Shown here piece by piece: positions 25,757 to 36,592 of a stretch of 64,000 bases of DNA. How positions within the stretch are numbered: the first letter of the stretch is position 1; each line of letters begins with the position of its first letter. Source of the stretch: Lingula anatina. Its lineage: Eukaryota; Animalia; Brachiopoda. Location: NCBI GenBank assembly GCA_051362555.1, contig CM120641.1, forward strand, positions 14,198,001 to 14,262,000. The letters are read 5' to 3'. A model generated the notes under the pieces. That model was not told where the DNA came from and searched no databases. It saw only the letters and a program-made list of their open reading frames with translations. The position numbers and the translations under genes are program-made.

Positions 25757-28700
25757 ATGGCTTTATACGATAGAACATACGGCGGCTACAGGATATTTGT
25801 AGGTGATCTGGGCAGCAGGGTAGGAAAGTATGAGCTAGAAAAAGACTTTGAATACTATGGACCACTTTTAGATGTTTGGGTTGCACGGTAAGACTTGATT
25901 ATGAACTGTTAATTGCAAAATAAAAACTCCATCGACCGGCGTCTTACCATGATGAAGCTAAAACTGACCTTGGCGGCATCGATCTTGAACCTAAAAGAAT
26001 ATTGTTCAGTTCATACAGAACATTCTCTCACCAAACCACAGCTCATGCTGTTCTTTACATTTTTATGTACAGACACAGATGTGTCTGTACATATTGCCAT
26101 CACCTGCGTCTGTCGTCGCCGATGCCGATGCCGATGGCGATGCCGATGCCGATGCCGTCGCCGTGCACTTTCCTTGTAAACACGATAAGTGGAAGGCAGT
26201 TTTACTTTTTGGCTTTATATTTACAGAGCTGATGAATATTCATAAAACGCAGGTCAAGTTCGAAAATCAGCATGATCGGGCCATTATTGTAGAAGTTATG
26301 CTGTTTTTTCACTTTTCAGCATATTTTTCACATTTCCTCAGATTCAATTCTTAGGCATGTTAACAGTCTCATTATTAAACTAATAAGATACGTAAAAGTT
26401 TTTGTTTGACATTTCCTGCATCTTTACAACATTGTTAGTTGATTTTGTAAAAATGATGGTAAACTTGTTATCGTGTATTGTGTAATAAAGTGTCAAAAAT
26501 GGAAATAAACTCATATCATTGCAGTTTGTCAGATTCAATCATTCACTATGTTCAGAATCTCAGAATGGAAGAAATTGGACATTTAACACTGCTTTATTGA
26601 TATTTTTCCCATCTCATCAATTTTCTTATTTGATCATATAAAAATGGCAGTAAACTGTTAATTTTGTTTTATGTTAAAAATTGTTAAAAATGGAAAAAAA
26701 AAACATTTCAGAACAGTGCTGTCTTGTTTACATTTTGGCATTTTCAAGTTGTGACTCTGAAGTTCCATGGGCCTGAAGACCTTTGCTAGTCACATTTTCT
26801 GAATATCCATGATACTAATATTTTATTATTAAAAATTGATGGTCATTATGCTGTTAAACATTATGTAATATTGCATCAAAATTTGAAAAAACCTATTTTG
26901 GGCACTGCTCCCATGATGACCATTTAAGAAAAACCATGTCACTTACTGTTCTCAAACAGTCCAGTAAATATATATATAGATGCGTCTGTACATATTGCCA
27001 TCACCTGCGTCTGTCGTCGCCGTCATTGCCGTCGCCGATGCCGTGCACTTTCATTGTAAACACGATAAGTGGAAGGCAGTTTTACTTTTGGGCTTTATAT
27101 TTACAGAGCTGATGAATATTCATAAAACGCAGGTCAAGTTCGAAAATCAGCATGATCGGGCCATTATTGTAGAAGTTATGCTTTTTTTTCACTTTTCAGC
27201 ATATATGCAACACTGTAAACACAATTCAAGGAAAACCGATAGGCCTGTTGTCATGAAATTCACAGGAGTAATCTATCTTACTAAAACGCAGGTCAAGTTC
27301 GAAAATCGGCATGATCGGGCCACTATTTTAGTAGTTATGCTGTTTTTTCATTTTTCAGCATATATGCAACACTGTAAACACAATATAAGAAAAACAGATA
27401 GGCCAATTGTCATTAAACTCACAGGAGTGGTCAATCTTACTAAAATGCAGGTTGAGTTCGAAAATCAGCATAATCGGGCCATTATTTTAGAAGTTATGCT
27501 GTTTTTTCACATTTCCTCAGATTAAATTCTTAGGCATGTTAACAGTCTTATTGTTTTACTAATAAGATACATAAAAGTGTTTGTTTGACATTTCCTGCAT
27601 CTTTACAACATTGTAAGTTGATTTTGTAAAAATGATGATAAACTTGTTATCGTGTATTGTGTAATAAAGTGTCAAAAATGGAAATAAACTCATATCATTG
27701 CAGTTTGTGAGATTCAATCATTCACTATGTTCAGAATCTCAGAATGGAGGAAATTGGACATTTAACACTATTCTATTGATATTTTTCCCATCTCATCAAT
27801 TTTCTTAGTTGATCATATAAAAATTGCAGTAAACTGTTTATTTTGTTTTATGTTAAAAAATTGTTAAAAATGAAAAAAAAAAAAAAACATTTCAGAACAG
27901 TGCTGTCTTTGTTTACATTTTGGCATTTTCAAGTTGTTCTTTGAAGTTCCATGGGCCTGAAGACCTTTGCTAGTCACATTTTCTGAATATCCATGATACT
28001 AATATTTTATTATTAAAATTGATGGTCATTATGCTGTTAAACATTATGTAATATTGCATCAAAATTAAAAAAAAACTATTTTGGGCACTGCTCCCATGAT
28101 GACCATTTAAGAAAAACCATGTCACTTACTGTTCTCAAACTTACAGGAAAGAAACATGGGACTAAAATACAGCTTCAGTAGGCAATGCAGTCTGTTTGGT
28201 AATTCTTACTGCCAGTTAAACGGTTTCACATATTGGCATTTTCAAAGTGTGACTTTGAAGTTCCACGGGCTTGTTTATTATTGCATCAAAATTGGCAAAA
28301 TGACCTCTTTTGCATCCTTTTTTCTGTTATTTTGTCTGTACATTTGACAGCTTTGCTGCCTTGTTAAATATTAAAACCATTTATTTCATAACCAGTTTAT
28401 ATATTTATATATTTATCAATTTAATGTTATACATTTGCTTTGTGTTCCATTCTGTGTAAAGTGGGGGGGGAGTAGTCTTCTGAGTCGTATTTGGTGGGTG
28501 GGAGAATAAAAAAAAAAGTATTTTAGGGCATTTTATACTTCATTAAGTTTTGGTTATGTATATTTGGGTCCTCAAGAATTCATTTTCTGGTCGACTTTGA
28601 TGTTTGAGAAACCATCTAGACAAGGCATGTTTGTTAACTAGGTCCGTTTAAAACATTAAATAGACATTTGGTCACTCTAGACCACAATACTATGAAAAAA

Positions 28701-31700
28701 AAAGTTTTCGAACAATTAATTTTTATAAAGAAGACAAAAGCAAATGGACCATATAGTAACATCAGTATGCAATTTATACAAACATTTTGTATTGAAAATT
28801 TTTCTTTACAATATTTTTGAAGCCACTTGACTTCCATTATCTGTCCTTAATGTCATGTGCACCTCAATCATTTATTCTAAATACTGAACCAAACATATTT
28901 ACCCTTTTTATTCAATGGCTTATTTTGTTTAGGTTAAAAGATGTCATATGTAAGAAATATACTGTATAATGACCCTCTGTGTTACAGAAATCCTCCTGGC
29001 TTTGCTTTCATGGTCTACAAATACCCTGAAGATGCTGAAAGAGCAGTGAAAGAGTTAGATGGACGGTAAGACTCATAAATAAGTACTGGACTCACCGTGG
29101 CTTTTTATTTATCCACGCAGGTAAAAAATAAAGGCCAAATTTCATATATAAAATCACTCATAATGAGTCTTATGATTATGTAAATTCTATAATGAACCAT
29201 TAGAGTGTGAGCTTTATCTTTTCAGTACTGTCTGTGGAAGACGTGTACGTGTAGAACATGCACGTACAGCATCTCGACGTGGTCGCAGAGGCCCCCCTCC
29301 ACCAGGACGTGGCAGCTCTGGGAACTCCAGATGTTATGCATGTGGAGAACCTGGTCATTTTGCACGTGAATGTAAATTTGACAGGAGAAGAGCCAGCAGT
29401 AGTAGGTAAGCATTGAGATAAAGTAGGTTCAGTAAGAGACTGCTGGGCGGTATAAAAAATAATGTTAAGGGGAATTTGCTCAGAAAACTAAAGTGAATTT
29501 GTAATAGAAATTTAAAGAATTTTTTATTTGAAGCATATGATCTGTAATAGCTACTGTATTAAAATGTTGTATAACATACATACTATAAATCTATAATATT
29601 GTATAACTTATTCATGGTGTTGTTAATATTTTTTTATTTATGAATGTAGTTTGTGGTTTTATCTTCTGAACTTGAAAAGAATGTTACATGGCTAGTACAG
29701 TATTTAACAGAACAAAGGGTCATTTCACTATATTATCTAGTAGTATGCAATGAGCAACAAAATTTCATTTGCACACAGCAGCCCTGTACATCTTGACACT
29801 GAATGATATATTATGGTGGTCTGCAGGTGGCTGTGTTTATATAGTAACCAATATGCAGCTGTTTTTAATAGGTTATTTGATAGGTTACTAATGGTCAGGG
29901 TATGAATTAATAATACAGTGGGGATGTAAGTTTACTGTTACATTTAAAGATAACTGTTACATTTAAAGGTAAAATCATTGTAAACATAGCCCCCATGTAG
30001 CCTTTTTACACTTATTGAAATATAAGGCAAGAAAAACCATTTGAGAGAGAGCAGACTTATTGATTATGTTGTGCTACAATTGCTTGCAGTTAAATCTACC
30101 ACAGTGTCGATTCCAGACAAGTGTTACACTAGTTGATAGTAATTTTAGCCTGTCAGTCATTAGGTTAATATCTGCACATTTCTATGGGTGATATAAAGAG
30201 GAGACTTGCTGGTCTTATTGATTTTATGTTCCAAGGGATTATGGTCAACAGCAAATTATCAGTTTCAATGAATTCATTGTCAATAACCACTTGCTGAGAC
30301 AATACAGTTTGCATGCCAAATTGACAGTGATGAACAACATCATTTTTGAGAAAATGGTAACAACATTGTATTCATTTATTTAGTCTAGCTTTGTACAGTA
30401 TTGAAAAATACTGTTAATAGCTTTCAAACCTTGGGTACTTCTCAAGTAGTGTTTATATATCTAGAATACCTTTTAGAATATTCCAGATAATTGTGACTAC
30501 ATTTTGATTTTCTAGAATTAAAGCAAGCAAAGATATTGTGCCAAAAGCAAATTATCCCATCTCGTGTTCTCTATTTTTGGTAAAATTGATTATGTAAGAC
30601 AGAGTAAATTTAAAAGTATTCTTTCTTTAGCTGACTAACAAAGTTAAGCACTATCTATTATTCCATCAAGGAAGGTCTGGTCATGTCCAATAGTATACTG
30701 TTTTGGTTATTTGTAGGACATTATTTAGCTATTAAATTTATAGCTGTTTCTATTCCAGATATTTTCAGTTTTATTTCACCAGTGATTTTGAGTAACTTTT
30801 ATTACTAAGTAGCCAAGATTAAAAAAGTTAGAAAGAAGGACAAAAATTCCATATACTACATGAAATCTTTTTGAATACAATGTTTACTAAAAACTTTTTG
30901 AATACGTTGTTTACTGAAAACTTTTTGAAAGAAATTTACCATAATTGTCTCTGTTTGTATTATTAATAGATTGTATAACCTGTCATTTGTTCAGGGAGCG
31001 ATGCATTTGAGCTACTTAATCATAGCTACTACTGCCTCCATCAGCCTAAGCCACACTTTGAGTGTTGGCGGGGTCTACTCGGTTAAGGGAACTACATGTT
31101 GGGTGACGCATTGTGAATCACCAATTGCGATCAGCGGGCACTACTACTACTACTTCATTCGTGTACTACTCAGTCATAGGCCCCCGACCCCTCTGCGGCA
31201 ACATCCATCCTAGCTCCTACTGCAAACCTCAGTCACTCACAGGCTTCAATTAGAACCAATCCCAGATTGGCTTAAATACCAAGCCAGCGTGCCCAGCCCA
31301 CAAAGTTGAAAATTGCAGGTTGTCAACTTGTCAATGTACCGAGCAAATCTGCTGCAAGCTGCTTCTCTTGCACACTGCTACTACTACTTCTCCATCTACT
31401 TAATGTGAGGTCTTACTCTGCAGCAATGTAGAATCAGGGGCATAAGAGAGGGAGTAGGTAATTGGTATTTTATGTTCCACATAACTTTAATTGGATATTG
31501 TGTGGTAGCTTGCAACAGACATGGATTATAGTCAGATTTTTCAAAGTCTTTTACCAAAAGATTTAAGAAAAACTATCACATAGATGTTGTTCTTCCTTTT
31601 AACAAGTAGCTTTCAGCTAACACTTGTTTGACTTGGATCAAATACAGATCTGACTAAAATGCATGGTGTATTGCTGTAGTCATTAAATTCAAAAATCAGT

Positions 31701-34700
31701 TGGTCTAATGTTGTTTAAAATGAAGCCATGAAGTCTTTTTTTTTTCAATCTCCAAACTAACCCAGTGTTGATTTCTTTTAGGATGACCTGATGCTTAGTT
31801 ACCCTTCTCAATGAAAGGTAAAAACTGCACAATAGCCCCAGGAACATATGAGCACCATTAGTAGAGGAACATGCAAGTGAGATGTGTTGATGATGACATT
31901 TTAAAGTAGAAAGGTGTTGAGGTTGCACCAAAATTTAGTCGACTCTTTTCCATTGAACACATCTCCCTTGTCAGAGCCTCCATTACATTTTTTGTGAGAG
32001 GCAAGGCAATTTCAAGCATGGAATTGCATTGCTGTGTCTTACAACAAGAAGAAAGTAGATATGAAGTTGGAGGTGCTATGTTGCAAGGGATTAACTCTTT
32101 TTGTTTTTGTTTTATTTTTCTAGATCCAGATCAAGGTCTCGTTCTAGAGATAGGTCTAGGAGGAGCAGATCCCGTGACAGAAGAAGGAGCAGGTCAAGGT
32201 AAAATTAAACAATTCTTTTTTTCAAATTGATAGCTTAAAAGTTGCTGTCGTATGATTTATGGTTTTTCTGTATTACTGCTTAATTTTTTTTTAAAGGTCA
32301 CGCAGTAAGTCTAATGAAAAGAGGAGCCGTTCAAGATCTGCATCCAAGGAAAAAGACCATAAAAATCGCTCCCGCTCAAAAGACCGGTCCCCAAAAGCCA
32401 AGTCCAAAGACAGCTCCAAGGGCTCCAAGGAACGTAGCTCTAAGGAAAGGTCTCGAGAAAAGGAGAGATCCAAAGAGAGGGATGGTTCAAAAGAAAAAAG
32501 CAAGTCAAGGGACAAGGATAATGTGAAGGATTCCAGGGACAGGAAGTCAAGGTTGGTAGAGAAATTAGTTTTAAGCTGATTTGTGTTTTTCTTTTAAAAC
32601 ATTGGGTGTCATTAAAGCAAAAATTTGATTTATAGCTTTGGCAGAATTATTATAACAGATTGCATCAGGAGCACATAAAATACCAATGGAAATTATAAAC
32701 AATTAAGTTTTAAAAAATGTGGGTAGCATTGTGGTAAAATTGATTACCTTAAGTAAGATCTTACTGGTGTATCAAATTTAGACATCAGTGAAATCAAATT
32801 TAGACATCAGTGAAGACAGACAGAGTTGCTCTTTAATTATTTGTTTTTGTTTACAATAAGTCATTTTATGATTGTCTTCATAACATTTGCTTGTCTTCAG
32901 GAGTCACTCCCATGGCAGTGAGAAGTCAGACAAGGCGAGTAGAAGGTACCTGTCCCAGCATGTGCACTGCATGCAGCTTTCTATCTTATTTTATAACTTC
33001 ACATGCAGCTCACTGTACATAGATTTGTATATCTACTCATATTATCAGTGCCTTTCCCATGGTATAATTCTTACATGCCATTCTTGGTATAATCAGTTTT
33101 TAATTTAATTCAAGTTGTTTTAATGTTTCCTCCTTCAGCACCCAGTAAAGTAAGTTTGAAAAGAACCACTTATATTGCTGTTGTTACTGGTAGTTGATTC
33201 TTTATGTCATGTGTTAACGTTTATATGTGCTGAACAATTGAATGTCTCATTCATTTTTGTGCATGGCTTTAGAAGCACAAAGTATATGATAGTGTTCTAA
33301 GTCCACTTTTTATCATCTAAATTCTTAAGACATTCATCTAGGTAGTTAGGGTAAATTTAAATTGATAAAAAATTTTAGGAAAATTAGCAATATGATTGAA
33401 TGCACTTGTGGTTGAAGTGAACACAATGTAATTAGAACAGCTAGCACAGTGGATGTTGCTTCAGTCTTTGTTGATGCCATGTAGTGGTTATACCAAGCAC
33501 ATTGATATAACTGCATCCTTTGGGAAAGTTTGCTGCTGTTGGGAGGGTAGTCACAGCTAGCACAGCCATTATTGCTATAGCCTTAGAAAAGACAAGAAAA
33601 ATAGTGTTTTTGGGTTCGAAAGTAAAGGAAAGATGCCCATAATGGTATGATTTGGTAGCCATTACTTCACAATGAAGTTTTAGTTGTATTATCTTTCCCT
33701 GTTACAGTTTTTCAGTAATATATTTTTATCTGATTTTATTTTCTTTTTTAAATCTATTTTGTTGTCAGTTTAAGAGGCTTCTTTACTTAAGTATATTCTT
33801 CTTTAACTGTTTTTATAATGTTTTGAATATTGAGGCAATTTACATAACGGCAGAGGTGTATTTATCTGGACATTTCCTCCATACTGCAAGCCATAATTTT
33901 TTTTTCTTATTTAACCTAAGAAGTTCATCCAACAAAAAAAATTTGTAATTTTTTTTTCAATGTCAGACAGTTGATTTTTTTTCTCTTAACCATTTTATAC
34001 TCTCCAGTTTATTTTACATGAATAATGCGTGAAAGTGCACAAAAAAATAATGAAGTCAAAAGTTGATTGAGAGAAGTCCTGTTGCAACCAATCCCAGTAC
34101 ATAAGACTTGACACATGGAAGTCATTAATGCTTGAAACAAGTAGCAAGCATGAATTTATGTAATGCACCATGGTAATTCTCTTTGACAGTTATTACAGTT
34201 TAATGAGAGATGTGACAAGGGGGTCGAGCAGAGACTGGTTGTTAAAGAATAGATGCATGTGATTTTTTAAAAAGATGGTAGAGTTTGGCTTATTCATTGT
34301 GATCATGAGAATGATAAAAAAATGTTGACCTTATAGAATGGTTGGTGAAATCTTGAAAATGATAGTGGAACTTTAATGCAGAAATGTTCAATCATTTATT
34401 CCTTTGTTTGTTTGTTAAATCATTTATTGGTCACTTCTTAAGCTATTTAATTCCTTTATGAGTACTGTCACCAAATCCTGCATTGATTGCAAATCCAAAT
34501 CCTGCATTAATGTTACTGTGTGGTTTTCCAAAACAGATATGGCAATAATTTTGCCTGTCTTGACATTTGATTGTCCATTGTACTGCATTTTCACAGCAGG
34601 ATAAATATGTGATACTCATCACCAAAATTTAAGACCTCTGTTTCATATGGAATGGTGGAAATCTCTGTCCTCAGCCAATAACATCTTTTTATTTCCCTAT

Positions 34701-35664
34701 ATAAGGAGAAGCATCCAAAATAAGATACTATTTGGTAGTTTTCTCTGTCTGACTGACTGAAGACCTTTTTGAGTCAAAGAATAATATACATGTCATGTTT
34801 AGACTCCTGTGATATTTGGCTATGGAGCAAAAATTTCCATGTTATTACAGCAGTGATCATATTGTGACTGACATTGTTTTCTTAACAATGTTGGTTGGGA
34901 TTGAAAGACATTACAGCTACTGCTAATATTTTTCTTTCTCCCTCTACTCCATCAGCCCTTATCATCAATTTTGGTACAGTCAAACAAACGAGTAAAATTG
35001 TTAATTTACAGGTTGATAAAAATGTTTAACATTGTAATAGAACTAGTAAGGATAGTCAGTATTACTACTCATAATGATCCCAAAATTTGAACTAATTATA
35101 GACAGCTTAAAGCATGGATCTAGTTCAAAGGTGATTCACTTTTCTGTTAAATAATGTTTGTAAAATTACTCATCTGCAAATTGCACAAAATCTATTAATC
35201 TTGTGAGGTGTAAGGATCAGATTTGTTTTATTAATCATTTTGGCCACTTTATTTTTCTTCAAGTCAAACCTTAATAAATCATCTATGCTGACATACTGTT
35301 AAATTAAGGACACTTATTTGCAATAAGTAAAAACATATCACTTTGAATAAACAACATTAATCCATTCCATACCTAGAACATTATTGCATTAACTGTCTCA
35401 GCATTTACCTGTAATCATATTTGTAAATAAAACACATTATGATGCAGGACTTGTACTGACAACACCAACAAGGCCTCATTGACTCATTCTCCCAGATCAG
35501 TCAGATTATATAGTAATTGACTAGAGCTCCTGTTGTTTACTTCATCTTGTTTATCTGTGGGATGATACTAAGCTTGCTTCCTCTTTGCGCTAATCCCTTC
35601 GATATCCTCTGGTGCACTAAAGTGTACTAAGAATGTCATGTTTTCTTGTGATCTGCATCTTTTT

Positions 35665-35762
<98 letters not shown>

Positions 35763-35826
35763 ATTGATCATCTAAAATTGGAGGAAGTGTGTATTTTTAT
35801 TATATATTTACTGATGATAGGTTCAC

Positions 35827-35864
<38 letters not shown>

Positions 35865-36592
35865 CACATTTTTGTGAAGATCTAAAGGTATAAGATTTTG
35901 AGTAAATGTGTTACCATTTTCAGTTCATTCAGTGTAAGTTTTGTGTAGTGGTAGAAATGATTGAAACAGAATCAACATTTCAAAGCTTCAGTTTTTGTTT
36001 TTATCACATCTCATGCTTGGCTTGTATTTCTTGAATGTAGCTTGATAACTGAGCTTCCGGCACAAGGCTTCCAAACATAATTTGATAATAAGAAAGAAAA
36101 AGTAGACTCTACTTATGAATCCGTGCTTATTTCTAAGATTTAGATGGTTTCATTTCTAAAAGAGTCTTTCTTTGTAACATAAACAGGATTTCACTATTAT
36201 TTACACACATTGAAAACAATGATTTCCAAGAACAGCAGCAATTCATGCTAAAGACTGTGCTTTGAACATTTTGAAAACTGTCTACACTTTTCTGAATTAA
36301 GCGTTTTTATTTAAGTGATTGAAAATATTTCATACAAACATTGGGGTTTTGTACTTTCAGTAGGTCTAGGAGCCCAGTGAAGAAGAGAGGAAGGTCGAAA
36401 TCTGGTTCCCCTAGCCATGACAAATATCCTAAAACCAGCAACATCAATTCAACATCCCCCACACAGAACCAGGAAGATAATGCTGTTGAGTTACCTGAGA
36501 CTCCCCCTCCAGAGGAGACCCAGGAAACTCAGGAAAATGGGGAGGAAAACGGAGCAAAAGAGGAGGTGATGGAAGCTGATGAACAAGACTGA
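25757..36592 (+). CDS. SRSF7: Serine/arginine-rich splicing factor of the SRSF3/SRSF7 (9G8) type: RRM, CCHC zinc knuckle, RS/RD/RE domain, acidic tail; 7 exons, 331 aa
   Basis: Exons 25757-25887 (RIFVGDLG...DVWVAR), 28988-29065 (NPPGFAF...[12 protein letters not shown]), 29226-29405 ([23 protein letters not shown]), 32124-32198, 32297-32551, 32901-32945, 36361-36592. Total 996 nt, all phase-2 GT-AG introns. AATAAA at 36950. Confidence 0.9.
26061..28365 (+). mobile_element. Second HINE/DINE-like Helentron element, partial head-to-tail dimer, in SRSF intron 1
   Basis: 5' hairpin ATGTACAGACAC-agat-GTGTCTGTACAT (26065-26092) follows a T run, then a (GCCGAT)n microsatellite. 3' subTIR TGTCTGTACAT (28333-28343) is followed by a short hairpin GACAGC-ttt-GCTGCC. 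Internal direct duplication about 26077-26957 versus 26978-28140; 159-bp subrepeats start at 27123, 27282 and 27441. Confidence 0.78.
30995..31457 (+). other. Candidate poison (PTC/NMD) cassette exon of the SRSF3/7-like gene
   Basis: Acceptor tcatttgttcag at 30994; in phase 2 it reads R-E-R-C-I-TGA (31008-31010); donor TAG|gtaatt at 31458. C-rich with CTACTAC/CATC repeats, unlike the flanking intron. The 3' boundary is less certain. Confidence 0.65.
31782..31817 (+). other. Candidate second poison exon (36 nt)
   Basis: Branch point CTAAC at 31757-31761, acceptor atttcttttag, donor AAG|gtaaaa; in phase 2 it reads R-M-T-TGA. Confidence 0.45.
33139..33149 (+). other. Candidate 11-nt stop-containing microexon
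   Basis: tttcctccttcag|CACCCAGTAAA|gtaagt; in phase 2 it reads S-T-Q-TAA. Confidence 0.4.
35667..35753. repeat. (TA)n microsatellite
   Basis: Perfect TA run of about 43 units. Confidence 0.97.

Noticed and set aside
26980-27525. 181-aa ORF with three 53-aa repeats
   Set aside because: It is the translation of the 159-bp subrepeats inside the HINE-like element; the sister copy gives a shorter ORF and there is no recognisable domain.
32771-32814. 22-bp perfect tandem duplication (also about 28-bp at 30868-30928 and about 40-bp dispersed at 49801/49904)
   Set aside because: Ordinary slippage-type local duplications with no further structure.
35568-35885. YIYIYI ORFs on both strands
   Set aside because: Translation of the (TA)n microsatellite.
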